From NCBI GenBank assembly GCA_040954595.2, contig CM082595.2, positions 2,234,635 through 2,298,634 on the forward strand: 64,000 nt of DNA, read 5' to 3'. This stretch comes from Balanoglossus misakiensis (lineage: Eukaryota; Animalia; Hemichordata). The notes beneath the pieces are model-generated. The model was not told the origin of the DNA. It was given only the letters and a program-made list of their open reading frames with translations, and did no database searches. The translations under genes and the position numbers were made by a program. Within the stretch, counting starts at the first letter, position 1, and each line of letters opens with the position of its first letter. Below are positions 37,976-50,909 of this stretch, piece after piece.

Positions 37976-39506
37976 TAGAATGTCACACACAGACTAATTT
38001 ACATCGTCCGGGTACATAGCTTGGCCAGCTCGTCCTGGTTACTTTCTCCCGTGCGTACAACCCTTATAGTTTCTTGGTGTTCAGTTTAATTAGAAGATTA
38101 AAAACAGACTGACCAATTACAGTAAACGTTACGTATCCACTTGGTATAACATTCATCCATAACTTGCTATTTCCACGATTGCTTCACCAGTCACTTTATA
38201 CTCTACTCTGTTTCAAGCGATGGTTTCCATGACACCCTCTCTGCTGTTCCATGTACCGCCTAAAGGAAGACATATTTTTAATTTCACTGGATCCTCTGGA
38301 AGTAAACGTCTGAAGAGAGAGGAACTGTACGAACGAAAGAGGCCTTGTGACTCCTTCATTAGATATTTCAATCAGTTCTCCCCTACAAATGACTTCAAGC
38401 TGAACTTCCAACCGTCGCTTGCTGAGCCTGTGCGGTTGAAATTAGTATTTTGCCGACAAAGGCCAATGGGGTTTCCTGCATTACGTTCTAGCGCACTTGA
38501 GGGCTTCAACGATTCTCTTTTAGTTCCTGTATTTTGATGAGACCTCTTGCCAGGTATCTTCGTGTTGTCAGACAAAGTAGCATGCAACCATCATGGATAT
38601 TGTGTGCTTGGATGGTACAGGTACCCTCTGTGTATTCTGACACACATTCCCAAATTTCATCGATGGCAAACATCTAAGTTTGTATGTTTTGGAAAGGACT
38701 TTCCCAGTGTAACCATGCCAAAGAATGGAACAGTTTGTGAGAATCCCTCTGCTGTACTCTCGATAATTTGTGGCAAAGTGAACTTATCGTGGTTTGGAGG
38801 GCATTGCATCCTTAAACAACAAACAAGCTATCCGTACCAGTCTCCCACACTTTTGTTTTAAATTCCACGAAAGTTACATTTGATAAGAAAAATAACCGAA
38901 CTCCATCTCAAAGTCACAAACATGTCTGAAGGAATTCCTTTCCACTGCGTCTACACAAACTGCTTCCATTCAAGACATGCCACCCGGAAAATACCCACAG
39001 GATCATGTTCCACCAATCAAGGGGAAAAATTCGCTGGCAATTATTCTATAAACATTAATTATCTAAGGTCACCAGAGGTCTCTCGAATTCAGACTTTGTT
39101 ATAAACAAATTGCCGGTCTTCAAATAAGAAAATTCTTCCCCTGTATCTGGCTTTGTGAATTTTAAGGTATATGGCTACAGAGGGCTGTGTTTTTCTGAGT
39201 TTAATTACTTTGTTGTCATGGAAACTGATGGACTCACTCTTTTTGCAAGGCAAGCGTGACCTATTACAAGATTCTCATGGCTGCCGAAAAGTTTCTGTCG
39301 CAAGCATCTGAGAAAGATTTTCTAATTGCGGCCGTCTTTCCAGAAATGGAAATAGAGGAATCTGTGGTTACTGTTACAATATGGATATGCTCTTAAGGTT
39401 TTCCATTGATGTAATTAAAGTACCAGGATAAGGCAGCACCCCCTCCCACCCACGAGCTGTTACTGAACAACATAGCTGGTGTAGACAGAACTTTGCACAA
39501 CATTAA

Positions 39507-39674
39507 AGGGACAAAGTCTCTCTCTCTCGCAGCCCTTTTTCCAGTTCTTATGTTTGATACAAGACACAATTTATGTTAATATACATATATATCCACATGT
39601 AGAATAACATAAACGGTGTCTTGTCTCAAACATAATCAATGGAAAAAGGGCAGCGAGAGAGAGACTTTGTCCCT
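39507..39674. mobile_element. 168-bp Kolobok-like hairpin MITE
   Basis: TTAA|AGGGACAAAGTCTCTCTCTC ... GAGAGAGAGACTTTGTCCCT|TTAA with ~60-bp imperfect arms. A second copy is at 60957. Confidence 0.9.
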
Positions 39675-42552
39675 TTAAGGGATGAGTAAGATTTCACAAG
39701 AGTATAACGAAACAAGAAAATAACTGTTCGGGTTAAAATGCAACTCCCTAGTGAGAGTTGCTCAGGTTATAGCTTCATATAAGAGACATCTTGGATCTAC
39801 ATTGATGGCGGAATTTGTATGCAAAGAGCGTGATCTCTTCCCGGGGAAAATAGTGAACCAGTGATGGGTTTTGAGTGAAAATTTGTGCGAGGGAATGTCT
39901 TCAATAAACGAGTCGAGCTGTCGACGTACACTTCCAGTGGCTGTCCAATATTTGAATTGGATTGTCCATTTGCCAGAGTGTTTCCTTTGAGAGTTTGGCG
40001 GCCGACATGTGAGAGACAAGTCTTTTTCGGTGGACATTTACGCATTTGTCAGTCGTGTCTGACATGCATTTCTGGACACTGGCAGGTGTCTATACAGAAC
40101 TACTGATTGCTCGTTACTTGGCTGTGCTCTGTCTTTGAACCATGTGCGGCTCGAGTTCTCCTTTTCATTTGGGATAAAAAAGAGCAACAATGATGCTCCA
40201 AATAACACAGGCACTACAGAGGAAATAGGGTTGATGATTTGACCTATCAGATGACAGATTTTGTGAACCCCCATAATAATTTCATCTCTGTGGTTGCATT
40301 TTAGTCGGTGTATCAGAATGTGGCAGGAAATTAATATGGTCTCATGTGTTATTGAATTCCTTTTAAAACGGCATCAATTTTTCAGGGACCCTGTCCCCCA
40401 TTTTGGCTCCAGGCAGTGGTGGTATAGTTTACTCTGTGTGAAATTAAGAATGAAATGTAGTGTGAAAGTTTAACCCTTTCAGGACAATCACTGCGTAGCA
40501 ATGAAGCCAGGATCTTACTCAGGAAATATTCTTGACGTTTACACAAAATATTATGGACCATACTTGTGTTGTCCGACACATCTGACCAAGAAGGATGACA
40601 GAGTTTTGTCATATTTTATCTTTACATAATTCGTTCACTTCTGAAAGAGAATCATTGAAAATAGTCTAAGGGCTGAAATATTAATATTGAGACGGACCAA
40701 AAGTGTTGTCTGACTGGAAACTGGACAATAAAACTGATCATGTTTTATTCTTTTGATGAACTCACAAATTTACAATGTGATATTCGTAAATTGGGGGCCC
40801 TGCGGCATCTTTGAAGCTTTTTTTGAGAAGCCACACAACTTCACGCAAATAGAACTATTTTGTACGAATATGATATCATCGTTATGAAAAAACCCTTGTA
40901 CGATATCTCTGATTGGCTTCTGGAACCCGTACAAGGCACCTCGGGGGAAAAATTGCTCAAAAATGAAATATCGTTCCATTCTGTGCTGTTATTAAAGGTG
41001 GCATTGAATCATTTTTGAAAGAGGAGAATACATTAGGGTGCTCACCGTCTCAATTTGTTGAAAATTAAACCAACAGTTCAGCTTTTTCCTGCTGAGCCTC
41101 AAGAATTAATTTGTTTTCCAGCCATTTTCATTTTCACACAGCAGTAATAAAAGTGGACATAATTTAGTCATTTAGTGCAAAAATCTGCAACGTGAACTTT
41201 ATGTTTGAAAACACTGAATATATCAAGCATATAAACGTTCGATTTCTTTAAGATTGTAACACGTCAACCGATCAGAGTCTTGGAATATTTTTCTTTCATT
41301 CCTATATCCCACTGGATGGAAATGTGGATTCATGTAATAGTACAGTATTCAATCTTGCGGCACATTTCTGTGGATCTTCTATAGAGCTCGTATACGTCTT
41401 TGTATTTCTACCTAAGAGGTGTTGAAATGAATTCTGATGTGTCGTAAGTGGCTCTGAAAACTTAAATTAGTTAATGTACATTGCATGCGTTAGGTGTGCA
41501 ATTATTGCCTGGCAGTCTCCCTCCGGTATTCCCGTCGTAACGACCTGTAAGACTTTATACATCAGTAACAATGTGATAGTTGTTAATAAAGCCAGTAAAT
41601 GACCATAAAATGTCTAATTTCTGACAGCTTATTTGCTTCTCTGCATTTCTTGAATTTCAAAAGAGGCTCTCGATCTTGTGGGTAGGTTTTTTCAGAGGCC
41701 CTCAACTTGATTTATCGCGGTTTAAATTCAGAGTTGCTTTCGTGAGAAGGCTTGCTGTAATATTGAACTATTCCTTCTAAACTTCAAGTAGACCTGTATA
41801 GTTGTCATCACAACTGTATAGTTGTCATCACAACTTGAATTTTGCTTTTTCGATTTCTTGTTCCTTGGAACTGAAATCTTCATTCCAGCCTCACATGTTC
41901 CGATATCAGTTTTCAAGTGACTGAATGAATTTGAATGTAAGTTTACTGCACCCTAGCCGAGAAAACTGACGTCAAAGAGCGTCCCAAGAGATCTGTGATA
42001 TTCAAGGCGGAGAAGTGTCATAAACTCTATTAACTTAGGGATCGTGGATAATTAAAACGTTTGCACGATATTACATAATTGTATATGGCCATGAATCATT
42101 ACTCCTTTCCAAAAACAATAGTGGCTAAAGTGATAAAATCTGATAAAGAATTTATTCTTTGAATTAAAACAAAATCTTGATAAAAACTTATCAATTGGTA
42201 CTTTGTGTAAAAAAGAACAACTATTCGTAAACTCATTCTGTGTAGACACAACCTCTCTGTGTTGAAAATATCATGGAAACTAATAACTCGGTTATTTCCG
42301 GGAAGTCATTCAGATTTTGCTTTGAGCCATCAGGTGCCGATGATTTTCAGGTGTTGTCTTGGCAACAAGTATTGAGTTCTAGGTCCAGTGACCGCAATCA
42401 AGTTTGTCGGAGATTTGGGAAGTGACACTGGGACCCCCACGGCGGACTTCTCAGACCCCACGCAATTCGCCGTGACAAAAGTTTCCTGTGTGCCCAGAAA
42501 TTCAACCTCTCTGTGACTGACTTTTCTTTTCTTTGCTTCCTTCACTCTGCAG

Positions 42553-42664
42553 GTTGCATTGGCAGCAAGTGAACTGGGTAGCGCTTGAATTGTGACGACA
42601 AGAATGGTCCAAATTGAAGAGTTAATGACCGTACTGTAGCTTTTTGCTCCACTATCATGCGCAG
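42553..42664 (+). other. Candidate internal 5'-UTR exon (112 nt) of an unidentified plus-strand gene
   Basis: Branch-like GACTGAC, then a ~30-nt pyrimidine tract, then GCAG| acceptor; donor CAG|GTAAGC. All three frames contain stops; the exon ends in ATG CGC AG. Confidence 0.55.
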
Positions 42665-44564
42665 GTAAGCTATCCGCGGACCTACAGGTGTTTCTGGGGG
42701 TCGCGTGTCATGTTTTTGAGTGCCCGACAGTTGTCCAGAACCTGGACTCTCGGCCACCACTACATGCCACAAACAATAGATGTATGCACGGTCTACACGG
42801 CCCTGTTTCGGTATGCACTTAACAGGGTGTCCAGTCTCCGACAAACGTGTCTGTCAACGCTCAAATGATCAAGAGTTAAGGTATCGATTATGACTGTTGA
42901 TATGAGTAGCGGTATCACTATCCCTCCCCCCACACATGTGGTTGTCTGTATAATCCCGTGGCCGCGTTACACCGGATCAGCTTTCGCCTCCAAATCTCCG
43001 GACTGGCAGCTCTGTCACCGTATCGCTAAGTGGGGACACCAGCGCGGCCTGTTTGCTAAAGAAAACCAAAGCAGCATTCCCCGCTCTGAGGCGTTTAAAC
43101 AAAAACACAGTTCGCCTGTAAGAGTTTACGCAAACAGCTCCGTTCGGTAAGTACAGTCACACACACACTAAACCCATTCTGACTTTCATCCACAGGGACT
43201 GAAAAATTCCTGAAAGTTAGAAGTTCGTGGCATAAATATTTTGACGAACACATAGGCATCGCTTTCCTCTGTGATTATCCCCGCAACCCTTTCAACTTTT
43301 CCCGTACTGCCAAACAGAGTGCGTTTGCGTCTCCAAAGCTTGGCACCATTTCAGTTTCCCACTCTTCAAAATTCTCTAGATTTCTAAAATGCTGTAACTG
43401 AGTTCAAGTCAACCTTATAGTAAGAGCAAACAATACCTAAGATACCAATGCTAAGAGCTTGCAATGAAAGTGTTCTACAGGAAATACATTCAGTCCTTTC
43501 TACTGTTCATAGTCAAATCGTGTATGGCTTACAGTGTTGTTTTGTAGTAAAATCTATAATTTTGGCTGTCACGATATGTGTGTGATATATCTTTGCCATC
43601 AAAAACACCCACACTTGTATCTCTTTAAAATGAAGAGAAAGTTTCTGTCGCCGTGGTGATAAGTTTCAATCAATCATCCGACACTTATATGAAATCTTTA
43701 ACGGTAATGCACATACTCCCAGGGTGTTTTGAGTTTGAAGCAATAACTGTTATTTTTGGGCTGAAATCTATATGATATAGATCCACGAAATCCTGCGATG
43801 TCTCACTTAGCTGTATGATGTCTCCCGATATCAATTGTGTGTGTCTCTGTCGGTGTAGCTGAAGCCCCATGCTGTGTCAGCTCGACATAAAATCCACCGA
43901 AAAAAATCATTATTTTTCATGCATTTTCCTGATACAGCCTATCTGATGACTTGAGTTTAATGATCTGTAAAATCCATGTAATGTACCGAAGTTAATACAG
44001 ATCAGCCGAGGCCTGTTAATATGTGTAGTGGTGCAGTTGTAATGCCAAGCGCTAGTCGGGAACCCCCCTGCAGATATCTGTATAGGTCTGTGCCGCGCTA
44101 CCCTTTCCATTAGAAGTCAGCCCCGGCATTAAATTTAATTGAATGTGACTGTGAGACTTCTGTAGTTGGCATTTAAAGAGAACGGCGTGCATCTCTCTCT
44201 GTTCGCATCCCAAAGGCACGTGTCAAAGTAGCTGCCAATTTTCAAACAATAAATGGTGTCTGTGTTTTTTTCTATCAAAGTCACCACCTCTGTGCGACAG
44301 CAGGCCAGGAGACCAAGAGCTAGAAGTCGTCTCCAGTTCATTTAATTTTCAGCGGTGTGTCATATCACCAAGAGACTAAAAGGCTCATTGTGCGCATGCT
44401 GTTTAAGTCAGTTGGAACTCACGCGTGTAGCTGACATGATTTCCAACTGTTTAGTGAAATTGTTCAGAAGGGAGACAGACTAGATGATAAATTCACGAAG
44501 AACAAGGACAGCAAAAAAAAATTATATTAAAAGCAGTGTTGTCCGAAATTGCACCAGCTCTGAG

Positions 44565-44634
44565 TAGCCCTGCGTACAGGTCTGTGGTGGAGGCCGTGTA
44601 ACTCCGCGAACACACAGACCTGTACGCAGGGCTA
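44565..44634. mobile_element. 70-bp hairpin MITE with TAG...CTA termini and a 10-bp TSD (AcademH-like)
   Basis: 22-bp perfect TIR TAGCCCTGCGTACAGGTCTGTG, flanked by CAGCTCTGAG / CAGCCCTGAG (one mismatch). Confidence 0.8.
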
Positions 44635-47600
44635 CAGCCCTGAGGTACTGCACGTCTGATGTGTGTTATTGGTGTGACTGCGGATCAAATCTCACCCCAG
44701 CATGAGAAGATTTGTAGCTGTGGCCCGTTAAAACTCGCAGGCGTGCGAACAAGATATGGAGAAATGTAGATTAGTATAAGCTTTAGGTGAAGTGTTATCT
44801 AAACTCTTGTACGAAAAACCTCATCACTTTGTAGAGTTCACATCTACATCAACACAACTAGGCCGTGACATCTTTCGTGACGTTCACAAAAAGCAAATAA
44901 TCAGCCTGCTAGAATTACAACAACATGCAGGATCTAAATGCTTCTTCATATTGACTTACATCCGCAATCAAAGTCTCTTGCTTCAAAGGAGAATGCTGTC
45001 AAACATTGAACCTGATGTACACGTTCATCTGTAATTTCATACAGCTTGTTCCAGGTATATTGTGTGGTTTAAACTTCAACCAGGAAATGGGGCTATTATC
45101 GAGAGCAATCATTGTCCGAGATTTATTTTACAATCAGTTTCAGATTACACAGAAAAAATCAATTTTGTATGGAAAATAACTTCCTAATTTCAAATAACGA
45201 CTTCCTAGTTTCATATGATATTTAGAATACTGGATGCTTTCGTATCTTTCTCATCCGATATAATTTGTTCAAACTGATTACTACGTATTCCAGTTAGAAA
45301 TATAATCATTCAATATTTGATATAATTGGTCAAGCAAAATTACCTTTGATGTCACAGTTAATTTTTATGATGTACATGTATTTAAAACTGGGAAAAATGC
45401 ATTGTCTGGAATAGCCCTGAATTTCTAGAATCGTTGGTTCTGTTTCAAGACAGTTGTATGTCCTCAGGAGAAGAACTTTGCCAAAGTGAGATAAAATTGG
45501 TGAACAGTGGCTGATTTTATTAGCCATTTTGGCGTCAGACCCGAAGCAGAGGTAGGACTTGGCCTTAATAAAACAGGTTGAAAAAGCCACATTGTATTCT
45601 AGTCGGCAGTGTATAATAAACAAGTAGTCATCTTCAACATGGTTCAAGTCACAAGGACTTCAAGACAAAGGACTTCAAGACAAAGAGTTAAGATCGTTGC
45701 AAAACATATTCCAAGGACCTGTGCACATTATCAAACAGATTCATTAAATTTTAATTGGTAAGGAGAAATTTGCATCCACAATTAAAATTTAATGTCCTCA
45801 TTTATACCGAAATTGGAAAAAAAGATGTGAAATTTCAATTTTAATTATGTAACAATAGATTGCCTTGTCACAACCAAGATTCACGTTCTTCAAGAATCTT
45901 GGCAGATTTCCATACAAGAAATGCCTCCATATCTTTCACATTTCAATATTTCAGTATTTCTGATTTCTTGTGGATAATTTATTCACGAAAGCATATTGAA
46001 ACAATGAATGATTTATCAGCCCATATGGAGTGTAGACATGCAATATTCATTGTGATATTACTAAAACTTGCCTAGCTCGTAATATTTTATTGCAAAGAAA
46101 ATCACAGAAGCTGTTTGTTGTGTTGAAATGTCGTTTGAGTCAGATTGGGCATAAATTTTCTTCTGAGTGTGTAGGTTCCATCCCTTACCCTGTATATACG
46201 AGCCAGATGATGAAAACAGGATCGTACCATCGTTGTGATAAAAAGGGGGATAGGGTGCATGTACCACCCAACCTGTTCCTGATTTGTATCCATCCTCCTG
46301 CTGTGATCGGAAATACAGTGTCTCGAACAAACGGTCACTGACAGAAACCAAATCGCATCACTTTTTGCCCCCATCACAGCAGGTGATGGTCCTGAGTCAT
46401 CTAACAATCAAAGGCTACAACCATATCACATCATTTTGGACGGAAAATTTTCCTACGACACTTCTGATGATGCGAACTCTTTCATCAGCTATAAAAATAA
46501 ATAAAACATTTTCTGAAACGAAGTGTTCGACGTTTGATCCTCTCATGTAACTCTGTGTTGCGCCGCGCAGCGTGTTTTGATAAAATTCTGTCTCCCATTT
46601 ACATTTAAACTTCAGTAACCTAAAACCTAGTGTTATTTTCGAAAGGGTTCAGTGTCTGAATTCATTCTGATGATGGCAGATAAAGTTCAGATTAGGAGCT
46701 CCAGCTGATGTCGCTCTCCGAGATGTGTTTCTTTTGACGCCAAACCCCATTAAATATCACCGCCCCTGGATACCGCGCAGACCCGCCATTCAAACGCACC
46801 AAAGATGGGTTGATTTTGTCTAAAATGAAAATTTTCGAAAAACGGCTAAGGATAGCGAGAATAGGCTATTAAGTTGTCTGTTGTCTTGGCAACGTTTCAT
46901 CACTTCTTAGGCGCTGTTTGTTCCAAATGAGATGTTTTCGTCTATAGCGATGAATGCTGGGTATTGGAGTGCGTGTTGCCGAATTCATAAACAGTTTTCA
47001 AGGAGTCCATTCTGGCAGACGTGCTTACTTTCTTTCCCGATTGAATACCAGTATACTTCATTGGTTTTCTGCCACCAGAGATCAACACTTTTATGATGTG
47101 AACGCAGAAATGACTGCAATGCATGCAGTTTTCGTGGGAAACACGTTAACATGGAATTCACTGCACTCTCTGAAAAGAAGCAAAATTTTTTCATCGAATG
47201 ATTGACGTTTTTTCCTGTACGGCAAATTATATGCAAACATTACAACTCTGATGTAACTAACGTACCAACAATGAAATAAGGTACCCTTTTCTGAACATGA
47301 ATTCATGTAAAAATGAATTAATTTTGTTCTGCTTCAGTTGTTCAGTCCTGGCTTTCGGAAAATGAACTCAGCCATATAGACTGTATCAAGAAACGTTCTA
47401 CAATTCATATAATATAGTGTGATTTCTGTTCCAGAAATAAAAATGGACGTAAAGATTAGAAACACAGATGAGAGACACAAAGCAAGCCTTGTTGGACAGT
47501 GCAGACAGTGTGAATGACACTATAGTCAACCTCATTTTCATCTAACTTGCATGTTTGGTCTCAAAACCAATTATGTCGGGTATTCTGCTGAAAAAATGTG

Positions 47601-48469
47601 AAAAAGATTCTTGAGAGAGCTTTCATTAATCTAATGGTAAACGAGACGATGTGATACTGAACGTATAAATTAACAAGATAAGTTGGTCATCTAGTAATAA
47701 ATGTGTCTAGATAAAAGTGAAAAGATGACTTTAATATGATATATTAGGTTGCACTGTATCAAAGAAGGATGTGTTTCTATAGCATATTTGAAAGCTAGCT
47801 ATTCATTCTAGGGTGTTCAGTAAAGGTTTTCCGTGCGTTGAGTATTGTGGCTTTGGTGTCTATTGTGTTCCGCGGCAAATTAGTGGGAATGGGAAAAGAT
47901 GCTCCGGACATTAGGAATTCATAGCGTGATATAAAGAAAGAAATAATGAAATAGAAGTATTTATATCGCCGTTAATGGTGACTAGACGGGCGTAATTTGT
48001 AACCAAACCGTCTGTTCTGACGTGGAAAGGCGATATTTATCCCCACTGACTGCTTCTATTGATTCGCATTCATTATCCAGCATTACGAAAGTGAACTTCT
48101 GTAATTTTGATCTGTCACCATGGTAACCGTGTTACCGTAACGATTTGGTGTATTTCAGTAATTGATGGTAATTCGTGTTTTCTTTCGGCTGGATTATAGT
48201 TTTCGTAGCACTGCAAACCATGTGACCATTTTTCCTGGGTTTATTCTGTCTTCTTCCTACCTTGGATATCAGATCCCAAGGATACAGAAGAATATTGATC
48301 TAAGAAGTAGAAGACACTAGTCGTAGTCTTCACTTTCAGCATATTAATGCAGATACTTTAGAGGAGTTTATGTTTATCTTATTTGTGCGTTGTCCAATAT
48401 TCATTCGCCACAGTTACCGTGGAAAGTTGAGATCTTCCAGTGTTTTACTTGTAGCTTGAAAACACAAAA

Positions 48470-48710
48470 TCACATAACATAAAAACACAATACAGTATAA
48501 ACACAACATAATGCATCACAACACAGTATAGTAGAGAGCAGCACAACACATCACAACACAACACAAAACATCACAGTACAACACAACAGTGAAACGCAAC
48601 ACAACACAAGGTAACAACACAAGACAACATAACACAACACAACACAGCACAGCACAAGACAACACCATAAAACACAACACAACGTGACAAGACAAGACAA
48701 AACAACAAGG
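48470..48710. repeat. Degenerate pentanucleotide satellite (ACACA/ACAAC/AGACA)n
   Basis: Directly visible. Confidence 0.9.
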
Positions 48711-49671
48711 TCATCAGAACCAAAACAAACATGCAGGATATCTTGAGTGAATATTATGGCAAAGGACCTTGAAGATGACCTATAAACTTGAGAAAAACAG
48801 ACACCAGAGATGCACCATTATCATGATTACGGTGATATAATTGACAACATTCATGAGAACATCTCTATGTCAAATTTAAAATGTGAGAGAGAGTTTAAGA
48901 CCCATTAGTGGCAGACAGAGGATTACCATGGGATTTTCTAGGTGAGTTTCAACGCCAGTTATATTTTATTCGAGCATTACGTGGTGAATAGATAAAAGGA
49001 GCATGATTTGCACAAAATGAGGCCAATTTTAATATGCAGCAATGAACGTGTATCGGTAGTAATGGGGTGGATCAAACACAATGGCCTTCATAGTCCTCCA
49101 GAAGCCTTCAGGGAAGTTGGAACATGGTCAGTTGATTTTTGAGGAAGATCATTAAACTCCAAGCCTCTGGAAAACTTGCTTCCTCTTTCCTTCAATATAA
49201 AAATGAAATAGCCTGGAGTGTGTTATATTATTTGTAGGTCACATATAGAGAAATACATTGCCTCTCTCTGAAATTTGTTGACCCCTCAAAATGTCTTCTT
49301 ATGTTCTGAAATATTCTTTGATTTCTGAACGTAAATTTACTGATATTTGTAATTTTCGAATTATTCTCATACTTTACAAGAATTGCAAATGGAATGTTAA
49401 AGTCTGCAATACTGGAAAGAAATGTCAAAAGTTATAGATATAGCAGTACTTGACTAATTATAGAATTTTGACATTAATGCACAGGTACCTATCATTCAAG
49501 GGCTTGCAGCTAATGGAGACTGTTTTTTCTAAAAATTGCAAAAATCCCGGCTAAGCTTTTTAATTGAAGTTTAAAGAGAAAATTTCCTTGTTTGGGATTG
49601 AGAAGCACATGCATTGAAACTGGCTGTATATGGCTGTTGAGATCCGAAACTGTGACCAAGTATTAAGAAAG

Positions 49672-49710
49672 ATGGGTGAATGTGTCTCCATGGCAACAGA
49701 GAATTTCCAG
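49672..49710 (+). CDS. Candidate alternative first coding exon MGECVSMATENFQ (phase 0)
   Basis: aagATGG start context, 13 open codons and a strong CAG|GTAAGA donor. Fits the MGxxxS myristoylation pattern, with Cys4. No homology evidence. Confidence 0.35.
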
Positions 49711-50672
49711 GTAAGAAGTTATCGCTTAGCAGAACTTGGGATTTTTTTTTTTGGAAGTGTATGTAAGTGCAGAATATAGTTTGGCATAATACATCTTAAT
49801 CCATGATGAGACAGTTATTTAGGCAAAGAAAGAAAATACAGTTATCAGTCAGTAATGCACATACTCAGAAAACCTTTTCAGTGACAGGCCAATGCTTTTA
49901 TTATCATTTGATCCCGATCGTGTTCAGAGCAACATCACTGCTGGTTGCCTGGATACAACCTAATATTTTTCTCCTTGCAAAGAAATTGAATCTTATTGTA
50001 AACTTTCTTTTCGCTGCGATATTAATGTGCCGTGATTAAAGTTGTCACGCACAATGCAGGCTATGAAAGGAGACTACATGATTGTATAGGAAAATTGTTG
50101 AAAGAATCTTTTTAAAAAGAGCCTCGACTGATAATGCCTTGTAGTAGAATGCATATTGTCATATGAAAGATTTACATTGACTTCAAAATGAGAAATATGT
50201 CTAGAGACAGATGTTGAAATATATAATGGATTCTATGAAAATTTCATTCAGAGTATAAAGTCTGCTTGCTTGTTTTACATATTTTGTAGATACGGTGTAT
50301 ATATCGTGACATTTATGAATTACCTGGGAGGTAGTGTCTTCTAAATGTTGCGTGGTCTTTCAGATAATGTTGACATTTTGGATTTGACGTCAGTAACATC
50401 GTTTAGGCTGTGTTTCCTGGCCGTACTCGACAATTTTGTGGCAAAGTTTGACCTTTTAAATTACTGAAACCCATCTATTATTTTTTATAAGACTAGAGGA
50501 CAATTTGATAGGGCATAAATATAAATAATGTTTCTTGTACTGGGTCCAGAAAATTAACTGCAGTAGATGTGACTTTTGGCAGTGTTTTTTAATATGCTAA
50601 AATTCCAAAAATTGGGCCTACCGATATATCCCTTTGGAGAAGATTGCATGGACAGAAAATGTCAAATGTGAC

Positions 50673-50909
50673 GGTAGTATGCGCCTTTGGGAAGTTGCGG
50701 AAAAAAATGATAGTTCTCCATAGAGTTAACACAGAGGATGGCGGCCATTTTGAGTTTCAAATTGGAGACAATTACGATCGCTCATTCAAAATTTTGCACA
50801 GTGACCCCCAATTTTTATTCTCAATTTCATGAGAGAGTAATCTAAAATTGCCTTGAGCAAAACACGAGAAAAGTTTAAGAATATGATTTTCAAGGCGTGT
50901 ACACCATCC
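50673..50909 (-). mobile_element. GGTAG...CAAAATGGCCGCC Kolobok-like repeat, internally deleted copy
   Basis: GGTAGTATGCGCCT ... AGGCGTGTACACCATCC|TTAA. The core GGCGGCCATTTTGA...AAAATTTTGCACAGTGACCCCCAATTTTTATTC is the reverse complement of the copies at 26400 and 20352. Confidence 0.75.

Noticed and set aside
41794-41835. 20-bp tandem duplication CTGTATAGTTGTCATCACAA (also the short duplications at ~23173 and ~45653)
   Set aside because: Simple two-copy slippage duplications. The resemblance of TGTATAGTT to the let-7 3' end lacks the seed.
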